From: Camelus dromedarius | Taxonomy: Eukaryota | Length of the DNA: 64,000 nucleotides | NCBI RefSeq assembly: GCF_036321535.1 | Contig: NC_087437.1 | Coordinates: forward strand, 121,460,001-121,524,000 | Reading direction: 5' to 3' | In this document: in pieces, positions 23,514 through 36,000 of the stretch | Layout of the letters: each line of letters opens with the position of its first letter | Numbering within the stretch: position 1 is the first letter of the stretch | Notes under the pieces: generated by a model | The model's input: only the letters and a program-made list of their open reading frames with translations | Told to the model about the DNA's origin: nothing | Databases searched by the model: none | Translations under genes and position numbers: made by a program

Positions 23514-23725
23514 GTGGTTACCTGCCTGGTCTCTGGAACCAGACTGTTGGGTTGGAGTCATGCTGACCCTGCCTGTCACTCGCTGTGTGACCTTGACATG
23601 TTATTTAACCCTCTGGGCCTTAGCTTCCCCGTCTGCAAACTGGGGAGACTGATACCTGCCTCTTTACCACGGGGACTGAATGATTGCGTGAAGCTTCTGT
23701 CAGTGTGTGTGGGTAGCAGGTGCTG
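23514..23725 (+). mobile_element. MIR SINE, near full length
   Basis: GTGGTTA..CTCTGGAACCAGACTG..GCTGTGTGACCTTGACATGTTATTTAACCCTCTGGGCCTTAGCTTCCCCGTCTGCAAACTGGGGA corresponds to the MIR head and core. Confidence 0.85.
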
Positions 23726-25219
23726 GGTGAGAACTGGACTGGGCACCGGGCAGAGTGCCCCGTCGAGGGTGCTGGCTCAGGGAGTCAGGAAGGAGGTGGT
23801 CACCTTGTGCTTGGGCCGCCCTGCCTCTGCCTGATAAACAGAGGTGCGGCCAAGTTATTCTTAGTATTTCAGTCTGATGGGCCAGACCGAGCGCCTTCCC
23901 TGTGGAGCAGAAATGCAGAGCCTTGGTAAAGGAACCCAGTCCCCCAACAAAATAAATCCCCGAGTTGTGTACTGGCAGGCAGGTGGGGCTGGAAACGGCT
24001 TCTCCAAGCTTTGGAGGGGAAATCTAGTAGGTGCTTGGGACTGAAATTAAGCCTTGGATCATCTGAAAGGAACTTCCATGTCTTCTCTTAAGGATTGTTA
24101 ACTCAGAATTAACTCCTTGAGAAATGGGTGGTAGGACTGGTGACCAAGAAAATGTGATTTCCTGTGGGAGAGCTGTGTGTTCATTGTCATTTTATACCAA
24201 ATAAAGCCGTAATTGGTCATTCTTTAATGCAGAGTAAAGCCCAGCTGCTAAATTAGGGTCTTTTTCTCTAGATTGCTCTATGAGCTTTAAAAATTGCCAT
24301 TTGTGTTCAGTGCAGATCAATACTGTATCATTTTATGGAACCCAAAGCATAATTACGATGCGCAGTGTGCAATCCACAACACACACGGTGCTGGTTCTTA
24401 CGCTGCCCTTGTTCTCAGGATTGCCGAGCCCGGGGTTTCTGGAGTGCTCTCTGAGGCCGGCACGTGCTTGGTGCTGAAGGCCCCGTAGCCTCCGGGTGCT
24501 GGACTGTGCCTGTGTGACCGCGGCCCAGCGACTTCAGAGTAGGCGCCTGGGCACTGTTGGCTGTGTGAGGTTTCCCTTCCAGAACACACTTGAGGCTCCG
24601 TCCCAAGTGTGCCTGAAAACACTGGTGGGACGTAGTCCCAATGTGGGTTTACAGAAACACGTGTAAAATAGCATAAAGGTTGTGTGAACTTAGCTCAGGC
24701 AAGCTTCTAATCTCCCCTTTCCAGTCCATTTACCTTTTTTTCTCCAAACATTATGTTCACGATTTAAAAATATATGTTAAAAAAACTCACCTTTAAATTG
24801 TAAAAATTATTCAACACATGCAGAAACAAAGTCGCAGCATTTGAGGTCCCCTGGGATCAGCTGAGGGGGGCGTGCGGGAAAGCAGAGGGCACAGGTGGAC
24901 TTACTGGTGAGGCCTGGGCTTGGGGGTGATCTGCCGTCACCGCGCTGGCCCCTGTCACTTACTGTCCCCGAGTCAAATGCAGCCGCCAGCCCCTAAGAGA
25001 ACTTCCAGCTCGCAAGGACGGCTCTGGCGGGGCGCGGCCACTGCCCGTCACCTACAGCACAGAGGACAGCTTTGCACGCCCGTCATTTTTTGACTTTATA
25101 AATTTAATGAATCAAAGTAAAGGTAAGGTATCTTTTGATTCCCAAGGTAGGGGTGCAGGTACCGAAAGTTCCTAAACCCCGTCTTCAACGTGCTGGGGTG
25201 TGGCGTCTCCTTTCAGTCT

Positions 25220-25870
25220 GTTCCCGGAGGCGCAGGTGGTGTGGCCGTCGCGTCCACGTGCTGCAGAGCCTGGCGGCGGGACTGTTTCCTGGCCCCACTT
25301 CTGCCAGTGAAGTCAAGGCTGGAGGCCGCGGGCCGCAGGGGCGCAGCGTCCACGCCGGGCGGGCAGGCCCGGAGCGCGGCGCCCCTGCCCGAGGGCCAGC
25401 CGCCCGGCCAGCGGGGCCCGGGCCGCGCGGGCTTTGAGCTCGACGCCAGGCAGGGGCCTGCTCTCCGACGCGCCGCCCTCCGGGGCCGGGGGCGGAGCCG
25501 GGGCGGGGGGCGGAGCCGCGGGCCCGGGGCGGGCCTGAGCGGGCAGCAGCGCGGGCAGCAGCGCTGGCAGCATCGGCGCGGGCGCCGTCTGGGCCGTCGT
25601 GGCCGGGCGCTCGGGCGCGTCCCCTGGTCGGTGCTGGCGGGCGCGGCCGGTGCCCGGCGAGTCTGCTTTGCAGGCGCTCTTCGGGGCCCTGTCCAGCGAG
25701 GTCTGGGCGGCTGCCCCCCAGCTAACTCCCGCCCGCGGCGGTTACCGGTCGGCTGGGCTCGCGGCCGTCCGTGCGCCCTCGACCCTGCGGCCCCTTGCGG
25801 GTGGTGTCGCAGACCTGCTGAGCCGGCTCGGGGGCTTAGCGGGATGTCCGCCGCAAGTCCCTCCCCATTT
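25220..25870 (+). promoter_or_regulatory. Intragenic CpG island, candidate alternative promoter
   Basis: Dense CpG with clustered GC boxes GGGGCGGAGCCGGGGCGGGGGGCGGAGCC..GGGGCGGG (~25488-25533), followed by a GCAGCAGCG-type leader. Confidence 0.7.
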
Positions 25871-26769
25871 CCACAGATCTCCAGGTTCCGATATTTTAGG
25901 GGACGTCGGAAAACCTTACCTCCTAAAGTGCACACAGTTTTTGTTTTAAAACCCTTGAAATTGATTCTTTCTTAAGTGTACCCGTGTCCTAATTAAAACA
26001 TTCTTCAGCTAATGCTTCTCGAGGTTTGCTAACGTGTAACACTTACTTGCTGCGCTGGCGTTGAGGGGGTAACTTATGTCCCGAGTGCATCAGGGACCCT
26101 TTTGCTTTGGGGGCTGTGAGGAGCGCTGCCATTTGAGGGCTGTGAAACTTCTCTCCCTCAGCAAAACTCGTGGGAAAATGCCCAAGCGCTGCATACTTGA
26201 CAGAAACGTTTGAATACTGTAAGTGCTCATTACGTTAGCAAATCAGCCTTTCCTGACTGTCACGTGGGAAAAGGGCTCAACGTGAAGCTGTGTAAAGGAA
26301 AGGGCCACGGCGACATGCACTCGGGGTGCACACTCGGCAGACACGCTTCATTCCAAAGTGGGCGTGCGTCGTGCTCGTTTCTATTCTAGATCAGAGTCGT
26401 CAGTGTTGTTCTCATTTAGATTTGGTCTCTGCTTGTTAACAACAAAAGGTTTAAAATTTTTTACAGTTTTTAAAACTATGGATGTAATTATGCAAGCAGT
26501 TAAAAATGGAGAATTTAGGCTTCTCCGTCTCACTCTTTGCGGGCAGCCCTTTCCACAGGCCCACCCAGTCAGTATCCAGTGGGAGAAACCCATTTCCTTG
26601 GAACAAATCTGGGGTGCTGTTGTCAGAAGGAGAAGATGGATTCAAGGTAGACAAAACTCGCCGCTGCAAGTGTATTTTCTGGAGTGTAACCGCGGGCTCC
26701 TTCAGCAGTATCTAAGAAATAGAGTCAGGGTTCCTCTCTGAGACTGACAGAAACACCCACGGTGGTCCC

Positions 26770-27625
26770 GGAGCACCTGGCAGTGCCCGGAAGTAGGGAA
26801 GTGCTGGAAAAACAGCCCCACAGGGGAGTCAGAGGGACCGGGGCGACCAAGGGAGCTCCCAGCGGCCAGAGCTGGAGCGGGTGCAGCGACAAAACTCAGT
26901 CGGATTGGATCACAGCCCAGAGTATAAAGTAAAAACCCCCAAGTCCACCTGCTGTAAACGAGCGACTGGTGAGCACACCGGGAGACGAGGGAATCTGCTC
27001 CCAGGAGAATCCACGCCGGTCCGGCCGCTGCTCCGTCCTCAGGGAGGGGGGCGGACCCCCTCCTCGGGTGCCGGTGTGCACAGTGACCCCCTTCCGGGGG
27101 ACAGTGGGGGGGCAGCCATGTGGCAGAGAGACCCCACAGACACCCCTGTGCCGGGTGACCAAGGTCAGCGGCCGCGGTGAAGGTCATGGGGACGGTTGTG
27201 CTGACGGCTGCCCTGGACGGGCCGTGATGAAAAGGGCCCTTCTTTCCAGGAGGAGCGTCCTGGAAAATGCCTGACTGACCCCTCACAACTGTCAAGGTCG
27301 TTGAAAACAAGAAAGTCGGAGGAACCGTCACAGCCCAGAGAAGACCCAAGGGGACATGATGACCTGGTGTCACGTGGGATCCTGGGTGAGGTCCCAGAAC
27401 AGGAAAGGACACCAAGTAAAAACGGAGGAGATCTGAATAAACTATGACTTATTAGTTTCATTAATAAAAATATGTTAATGTTAGCTCGTTAATTGTAACA
27501 CACGTAGCATGCTAACATAAGCTGCTAAGAAAGGGGATGTGAAGGGGTGGGTATGTGGGAAATCTCTGTACCGTCGTCTCTGTGTTTCTTTAAAAGTGTT
27601 CTCAAAAATAAAGTCTTTTTTAAAA
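26770..27625 (+). mobile_element. Old L1 (L1MC1/L1MC2-like) 3' UTR
   Basis: TTGGATCACAGCCCAGAGTATAAAGTAAA, ACTGTCAAGGTCGTTGAAAACAAGAAAG, GGGTATGTGGGAAATCTCTGTAC and a terminal AATAAA. Confidence 0.8.
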
Positions 27626-29469
27626 AGTTTTTTAGGCAGCTAATAATTCCACAGAAGCTCCCTTTGTGTTCCCACCCTCTGCCCTAAGTATGGAACATCC
27701 TGACTTTTGTGTTATTTGTCCCCTGGGCTTTCTTTGTAGATGCGTCCCCTCTGTTTGTCACCCTGAGTGGTGTACCTTGGGGTTTTGCCAGCATGAATGT
27801 GGCTCAGCAGGAAGAGGGTCAGATTGCCAGCGAGGGCTCCTAGGCGAGGCCGGGTCCTAGTGACTGTGGATTTCCAGGGACTTCGCCTACAGGGGTCCCT
27901 CCCAGCAGTGTCTTCACCAAATCACACAGGTTTACACATTTTTCCAAAGTGAGATCTTTAATTCCATTAGTTGGGACTGCCAGCTCCTTCCACATGCTTC
28001 CCCCGCAGCCCTGTCTCCGTCTCCGGAGCTGGGAAGCCTTGGATGGCCTTGGGCATCTTTGCCAACCCGCCCAGAGGAAGCGGCACCGGGGACGCGTTAG
28101 TGCGGGTTTGACGGGTAAGTGTAGTAGGAATGGTCGCTTCTGTGAGGAGTGAGGTGCCTCCAGTGTTGAAAGCCCAGATTCTGGAGTTGTGCTGTGCAGC
28201 TGGGGCGGAAAGGAGCAGGGCCAGAGGAGGGGGCGGTTGTCCCCTTGACCTTTGACCTCGGGACCCTAGCGAGAAGAGAGAGGGTGCAGTGGAGGCACAG
28301 CTGGGCCGGGGCGGGGACCACCTGACTGCGGCTTGGAGACCAAGGGAGTGTGGGGGTCAGGCTGGGAGTGGAGGTGTCGCAGGAGAGGGTTCTCAAAGGG
28401 CTGTGGCAGGAGACTCCAACCTGCTTGCCAGCAGTGAGGTCCAGGGGGCCGTGTCGCCAAGTCGGACAGAGGGCAGGGGGTGCTGTGAGGAGCTGGAGGC
28501 GGAGAAAGTGTCTGAAGTGACGGGCGGGGGCTTCGGAGAGCGGGGACCCTGCCTGGCAGCCGTGGGTGCAGATGCCTGGCCCCGCACACGCTCCTGCGGC
28601 CTTTCTGGGGTGGCTGCCGGCTGCACGAGGGGTCTCGGCTCCTGTGGCCTTGCTGCGGTCTGCACTTTTCCCCAGCAGGAGCTAGGCCCAGCCCAGGAGC
28701 GCAGGTCCCGTGTCGGTCGGGCGAGCTGAGGGCTGAGTGGGAGAAGGCCACCACCTGGCTCAGCGTGGAGGGGCGGTGGCGCTGCCAGCTTGTCGGGCGG
28801 CCTCCTCGGCGGTTTTCCTGCTGCGCTCTAGATGCATCAGCGAGCCTTTGTGTTTTCAGTTTCTGTGTCATTGGTGATGTTTTAGGGGAACATTCGGTTG
28901 CAGGTGGCCTTTTAAGTGTGACGACAGAGGTAGAAGGCCTGGCTTCTCTGTTTTCTCCAGACGCCCTGGCTGCTCGCCCGTCTGCTCCCTCGAAGCCTCA
29001 AGCTGCTCAGATCACACTTAGCTGAATGTATTCTAAGTGAGCTCACTCGCGAGGGCTCACCCTCAGGAAATACTGGATTATTCTGAACACTGTGCAGGGA
29101 GGAGCATCCTAACATTGTGCTGTTTCTAGGCTCCCTATTAGGCTTCAAGAAACCGTGTGTCAATGGGCATGTCTGCAGAGCGGGGCTGCTCCCGAGAGCG
29201 TGTCGGGCGTGTGGGAAGGCGTGAGGCTGATTCGAGAACGGGAGCCGAGTCTCGGGGCTGAGGCGCGCCGCCGCCCGGATCCCCGGGCCTGCCGCACGTG
29301 CTCTCGTAGCTCGCCTGCGTCTAGGAGTTCAGTCTTAGTGTTAGTCTGTTTGGCAGGTGGCACTGCTGCCTCTGGTCTGTGGAGCAGGTGCGGAGGCCTA
29401 GGAACAATCTGGAGCTTCCTCTGGGGAAGCAGCTTCCTTGATGCCATTTGGTGTTTTAAGACTTTTTGC

Positions 29470-30223
29470 AAAGGAAACCAGAAATAAAACAAGAAGAAAA
29501 CCTATGGAATGGGAGAAAATTTTTGCAAGTGAAACCAACAAAGGCTTGATCTCCAGAATATATAAGCAGCTCATACGACTCAATAAGAAAAAAATAAACA
29601 ACCCAATCCAAAAATGGGCAGAAAATCTAAACAAGCAATTCTCCAAGGAAGACATACAAATGATCAAAAAGCACATGAAAAAATGCTCAGTATCACTAAT
29701 TATCAGAGAAATGCAAATCAAAACTACAATGAGGTATCACCTCACACCAGTCAGAATGGCCGTCATTCAAAAATCCACAAATGACAAATGCTGGAGAGGC
29801 TGTGGAGAAAGGGGAACCCTCCTACACTGCTGGTGGGAATGCAGTTTGGTGCAGCCACTATGGAAAACAGTGTGGAGATTCCTCAAAAGACTAGGAATAG
29901 ACTTACCATATGACCCAGGAATCCCACTCCTGGGCTTGTATCCAGAAGGAAATCTACTTCAGGATGACACCTGCACCCCAATGCTCATAGCAGCACTATT
30001 TACAATAGCCAAGACATGGAAACAGCCTAAATGTCCATCAACAGGTGACTGGATAAAGAAGATGTGGTATATTTATACAATGGAACACTACTCAGCCATA
30101 AAAACCGACAACATAATGCCATTTGCAGCAACATGGATGCTCCTGGAGAATGTCATTCTAAGTGAAGTAAGCCAGAAAAAGAAAGGAAAGTACCATATGA
30201 GATAGCTCATATGTGGAATCTAA
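29470..30223 (+). pseudogene. L1 ORF2p C-terminal fragment (cysteine-rich zinc-knuckle domain)
   Basis: ORF 29438-30205 contains [36 protein letters not shown] (CX3CX7HX4C)..[21 protein letters not shown] at 30203-30205 is followed in frame by LICGI-TAA (30221-30223). Endonuclease and RT domains are absent. Confidence 0.95.
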
Positions 30224-30544
30224 AAAACAAAAACAAAAACAAACAAACAAACAAAAACAAAGCGTAAATAAAGGACAGAAATAGACTCACAGACAGAGAA
30301 TACAGAGTTGTGGTTACCAAGGGGGGTGGAGGGTGGGAAGGGACAGACTGGGATTTCAAAATTGTAGAATAGACTACACTGTATAGCACAGGGAAATATA
30401 CACAAAATGTTATGGTAACGCACAGAGAAAAAAATGTGACAATGAGTGTGTATATGTCCATGAATAACTGAAAAATTGTGCTGAACACTGGAATTTGACA
30501 CAACATTGTAAAATGATTATAAATCAATAAAAAATGTTAAAAAA
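29470..30544 (+). mobile_element. Young 5'-truncated LINE-1 (camelid-type) with target-site duplication
   Basis: ORF2 C-terminus, 3' UTR, AATAAA at 30526-30531 and an A tail. Perfect 12-bp TSD AAGACTTTTTGC at 29458-29469 and 30545-30556, preceded by TTTT (L1 endonuclease-type site). Confidence 0.95.
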
Positions 30545-31779
30545 AAGACTTTTTGCTTCTCAGGTGGTGGACAGAGTTGTTCTTAGAGTCTCAAGTGTTA
30601 TCAGTAGGATTTCAAGCTTTCAAAACCGGCTGCTTTTTTTCTGTTTAGCAGCAGTGTTAATTCCTTTCTTTGTCTGTCTTGCAGTTGAAACCTGTGAAAA
30701 CTGGCCTATTGAATTCCTTGGGAGGTTTTACAGGCCTCCTCCTCCTCTTGGCCGTGACGCCTGCTGAGGCGGAAGCCCTTCTGTGGCAGGTGACAAAGCG
30801 CGCCGTGTCCAGGTGGGGCGTCCCGGTTCAGGCGCAGCCTGGACGCGTGTGTGAGCTCCACGTGCAGCCTGCCAGTTAGCTCGTCCCTGCCAGTCTTGTC
30901 GTGATCATTTCTCTGCAGCCACCTGACGGCGTGAACTGGAGGCAGAGGGGTGCGCGGACCTGACCGCTGTGTCCCCTGGACGGGTCTCCCCGGTGTGGTC
31001 CCGCGCAGACCCACGGCAGTGCTGGCGAGGCCACAGGCCTGTGGTGTGCTTGCTGCCCCTTGGGAACTGGTCAGAACAACATGTTAGTACAGAATGAATT
31101 TTCCCAGCAACATACGAAGTTTGGCCTGCTGCGCGTTTGCAGACCACGTTCGCGCTGCCTCCAGTGGACGCGGGTCCTCCCAGCAGGGTGAAGGGGGTCA
31201 CGTGCTCAGGGAGGCCATGCGTGCGGCTGAACGTGCCATCGGTAAGAACCATGACTGTCGGAGTACTCTAGTAATGAAACGTGTTTTCTGTTTATTTCAG
31301 ATGCTAATAAAAAGTAACATTTAGAAATCAAAAAATCTCTCTTTTAGGGTCCACAAATGTCCTAGATGGAAGTTTTTCATAGAGGAAAACAAACGTCTTA
31401 TCAAAGGCTTATGCAGGAGCCAGAAAAGTAAAGGCGGCTTTATTGAAAATGAACTGTTGGTGCTAATTTGTCCTTCCCCTGCCACCTGTCCTCCCACAGA
31501 GGAGTAGGTGCTGGCCGGCGGGCAGAGGGAGGGCAGGAGCCAGAAGCTGCACAAAACCCATGTGCAGTTTAATTTAAAATTGCAATGTTATGATCAGCTA
31601 GGCTAAGAAAAGAGCAAGAAAACACAGAAACACGGAGTTTGGGATAGAGAAAGTAACCCCCTCCTCACCATTTGCAGCTCCCCCAGAAAACCCCGGGCAG
31701 CCTGGCCAGCCGAGCTCTCTGTGGGGGTGGGAGCTGGCCCTGTGCTGTCCGTGCAGAGGCCGCCGTGCGGGAGCGTGCA

Positions 31780-33060
31780 GCCCAGAGAGCCAGTGGCGAA
31801 AACAGCGCAGCTCACAGAAGCATTTGCCACGGTAGTGGAAGTGCAAAGTTAACGTGCAAACATCAGTGGTAACTTTCATGTGCACAAAGTTAACCAATTA
31901 GAGAAGACAGCCCTTTACAATAGCAAAATAAAGTACTCAGGAATAAATGTAATAAGAATTGTCCCAAACCTGAGTGCGGAAAATCCCAGAAATTCTTGAG
32001 AAAGACGCAGCAGTGCCTTGAGCAGACGGAAAGACGTGCCTTATCCTTGGTTTGGCTGTCGCAGCATCACTGAGATGGATGTTCTAACTAAATCTGCAAA
32101 CAATGTGATTTCAATAAAAATACAAACTTGAGTCATTTTTCCCTTTGGACTGGACATGTTGATTGTACAATTGGCAGAAAATCAAGCATGCGTGAACACC
32201 TAGAAAACGGGAGAAGGGCTAGGGAAAGCAGACAGCCCCCTGGACGTTCACACACCGCGACGCCCTCTGAGCCAGACAAGGTGGTGACGGCGCTCACAGA
32301 CCAGACAGAAGGTGCCCGGGACCCGGACGCCGGTCCAAGTGCAGACAGAGGTCAGTGTGTGATGATGGCAGTCTCTCAAGCGCTGAGTCAAGACGGACTT
32401 TTTAATAAGTGGTCTGGGGACAACTGGACACCTTTTTGTGAAAGACAACATTAGACCACGTACCAGAGGACCACGTAAGCTCCAAATGGATCAGAGCTAA
32501 ATGTGAAGATAAAACCGTTCGAGCGTCAGAAACATACGTCCACATAACCTGTGTGTTGGGAAAGGCTCTTAAAAGTGTAACTCGGGATTCAGTGTCAACA
32601 GAAGGAAAGGTGCAGAGTGTGATTACGCTAAATACTGCGATCCTGGACAATGGCCTGGCCCAAACCAACCAATGACAACAAAAACACAACAAGAAAGTTA
32701 GAAGACAGAAGAATCAAGTGTGATTCACAACATGTAAATGTTTAAAAATCGTGGGAAGAAAAAGATCAGCACCCTGCAGAACAGGCAGAGCGCAGGAACA
32801 GACGGGGCGCGTGCACACACGTTACGGCGGGCCCTCAGCTTCGCCCAGGTGCCATTTCTCACACGGCCGGTTGACAAAACTCCCAGAGCCCTTGGGAAAG
32901 CGGTGACTGACGCACACGCTCAGTCGGAAGTGACTCTGTGTGCGGCCGTGGTGGCCGGGCCTCTCCAGCCCGGGGAGAGCGCTGTGTGGCGGCGGCTGGT
33001 CCCCGAGTGGACCGCGCGGGCTCCCATGTGGGCTCTGTGCTGGAAGCCACGGCAGCGCTG
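31780..33060 (+). mobile_element. Ancient L1 ORF2 remnant (L1M5/L1ME-like)
   Basis: CCTTTACAATAGCAAAATAAAGTACTCAGGAATAAAT, TTTTTAATAAGTGGTCTGGGGACAACTGGA and CTCCAAATGGATCAGAGCTAAATGTGAAG appear in L1 ORF2 order. Confidence 0.7.
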
Positions 33061-36000
33061 CCCCAGGTTCTTGGTTCGTAGGTGCTGACCACGCGGAGTC
33101 CGCGGGCGCTGGGCCCCTGGGTCACGAAGTGCTGAGGCCCTCGGGGCCCCTCGGTGGCCCTGTGGACGGCCCCAGGCTGTTTCTCCGCCCGCCACGCCCG
33201 CCTCCTCGTCCCCACACCTGGGCTCGTGAAGGCTACGGGTTTCTGCCCTGCTGCGGATTTCATCCTCTCTCTGGCTGGAAGGCGTCTCAGGTCAGAACCT
33301 CGGCTGGGGCTGTGCTGGAACCTTCTGCCCTGAACCACAGGCCTGGGCCTCCAGCCGCCATCTCATGACAGACACCCTCTGCTGACAGAGGACTTCGTTC
33401 TCTGCTCCCTGGTTCTTGTTAAAGGCCGAACTGTTTTGACTGAAAAACTAATTTCATGTTCCGAACGTGGACCTAAAAGCACATGGCCTTCTCACACGGA
33501 GTAGACGGTCCTGCGGCATCTGGTGAAACACAAGGAGCCTTGGTGCTGCTCCGGGTCCTCCTGTGCTCAGGGAGCGGGGAGGGGGTCCCGGGCCAGCCCC
33601 TTTCAAGCCAGGAGCTGCACGCTTGCTCCAGGCTGGGTGGCAGGCGGGCCCGTGTCAGTCCTGCCAGTGGCCTGTGGACCCGAGGCCTGCTTCTCACTGT
33701 GGGTACAGCTCAGCCTCGGGCAGGTTTCAGCTGCGGGCCAGCAGCCGCCCTGCCCTGTGCAGTGGACACGGCCGGATGGTCAGCGATTGGGAGAGAGTGA
33801 CTGTGCCCGTACGTGTAGGGACCTCGTGCTCCGCTGGCTCTCAGGTGGCCAGAGGCTTGCTCACTTTGACTTCTAGGCTCCCATCCCCCCCCCCCCCCCC
33901 AGTACGGAGCACTCAGCCCCCTCTCCTGACCGCGTGAGCCCCTCCCCTGCTGGTCACCGCCCACCCTGCAGGATGTGCCTGCCTGAGAGGGAACCTGTGA
34001 TTTGGGCAGATGAGGGGCCTGGCAGGCACCCCCACCCTCCTCCCTCTCCTCCTCGCCCCCTGTGGGGAGCCCCCATCCTTTAGAGACTCGAAGGCGGGTT
34101 AGAAGTACCCAGGCCATCGTCTGGCATCTTCCTGCTCTGTGCAGGACCTTCAGGCTTCCTTTGGGCGCCCCACTGCCGGAGAGTGAACCGGTGGCCGCAG
34201 TGGTTCGGCCGGCGGCGCACTTTCTGGTTGTCCCCAGGCTTCCACGCAGACCGGTGTGTCACTCGTCTTAGCGTGCTGTGGGCTGTGCGTGTAGAAGAGC
34301 CAACTCAAGCTGATGTTAAGCAAAACCAGTTCATTGACTCCTGAGGCCTCCCGTGCAGCCCTGCGGCAGGCCGCTGCACGCATGCGGCTGCTTGTCGGGA
34401 TGCGGTTCGTGCCGCACGGCAGGGACAGTCGTGAGTGTGCAGGCTGAGTGGAGGTCGGGGGGTGGCTGTGCCGGGCGCTCAGCAGTCACGATGCAGCTGG
34501 AGTCAGATGTGAGCGAGTATTTATACCCTCAGCCCTTTCTCCAAAAAGCTCAGACCTCCTATTTCTAACTCTAGCTTTCTGCTCTATTAGCGAGCTCAGG
34601 GAGAAGGGAAGCTCAGATTAGTCAGTTTGCTTTGCATTTATTTTTACTTGGCCTTTTCACTTCCAGATTTTGAGAAGAAAATGTGAGATCCTTTTCTCTG
34701 CATAATTTTCTGCTGTGATGAGAAGCTACTTTCGGCTGCAGACTCTGAAAGCGGTGGAAGTAACCTCGGGGTGGCATGCTCACATTTTCCATTCATGAAA
34801 CAAACTTTAACATGTTAATCTGTTTGCTCTGTGCGATGATTATTCATTCCTTTTCCAGTAACTTGGAAAACCGTACGGATGTACCCCAAGCAGTGGGGTG
34901 TCTTCCAGGCAGCCCCGCAGGAGTCCAGGACTCAGGGACGCGGGATGGCCGCCCCGGGGACCCTCCTGGTGGAGGATGACGCGCGAGGGCAGAGAATTTG
35001 TTCACTACTTGGTTTTATTTTTTTCTTCAGGAATCAAATTAAGTATTTGTCCCTGACAGGAGTCTATTTTGGTCCCTAAAGACCGAACTGCTCACCTTCA
35101 GCAGTCTGAGGAGTGGCCCTAACGTGTGTCGGTGTGTGCCCTGCCCTCCGAGGCGCTCCTCGCCAGGCAGCTGCTGCGTTTATCTCGCCTGGAATAAGGA
35201 ATGAATTTTTGGCCATTATTAAAAAGGTAATAAACAAACACATCAAACCGCATCTCACGGCAGGTGTCAGGGAAACAGATTCCTGTTCTGCGCCGAAAAA
35301 GTGAGCCTTGTGCCCCTTCCAGCTGGTGTCCTCCTGGGAGACACTTGCAGCGCTGGCCGCGCTCTGCGCGCCCCCCCAGCGTTTCCGCCTCACGCAGCTT
35401 GTTGTGCAGCCATGGTCGGACGTCTCCTCGGGAGCCCCGTGCTCTTCCAGCCCATCGGCAGGAACCTTTAGGACAATTAGTGTTTTCCTGTTGTTCAGCA
35501 GCGCCGCACACACAGGAAGGTGCAGAGAACGTGAGCAAGCAGCTCGTCGCCGTCCCAGGGCCTGTCCCCTGAGCGTGGGACCTGCAGCTCCGGGCCGCGA
35601 GCTGCTTGCTGGCCGGCTGCTTCGTTGCATGTAGATGTAGTCAAGGCACGCATCTGTGTCTCTTTTCTTCTGTTGGATGCCGTCTCTGCGAGGCCCCCGG
35701 GGTGCAGGAGTTTATTTCATTGCTGTGTGTGAGTCCCACAGTTAGACCGCCTGTCACTCTGCTGACGGTGGATGCGCAGCATTTAGGGCAGTTGTGAGCA
35801 GAACTGCTGTCTGTTTTGTGGGAGCCACGCAGGCTTCCCGGCCCGGACGTGCCGGCCCCCGGGCGCCTCTCTCGCCGCCTGGCCTCAACTGCCTTCGTGT
35901 TCTGTGAGTCCGAGTCGTGGTGGGGGCGCGGGGGTGTTTCTCCTCAGTCCTGACCCTCACCCTCCCATGCCAGGGTGGGGGGGCGGGGCTGGAGCTCTTG

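Noticed and set aside
26580..26700. Possible coding exon GAAGATGGATTCAAG|GTAGAC
   Set aside because: The donor is weak, there is no clear acceptor, and the peptide is not recognisable.
34710..34754. Box C (GTGATGA) and box D (CTGA) with a 5-bp terminal stem, snoRNA-like
   Set aside because: Only ~45 nt long, too short for a box C/D snoRNA, with no room for C'/D' boxes. Likely chance.
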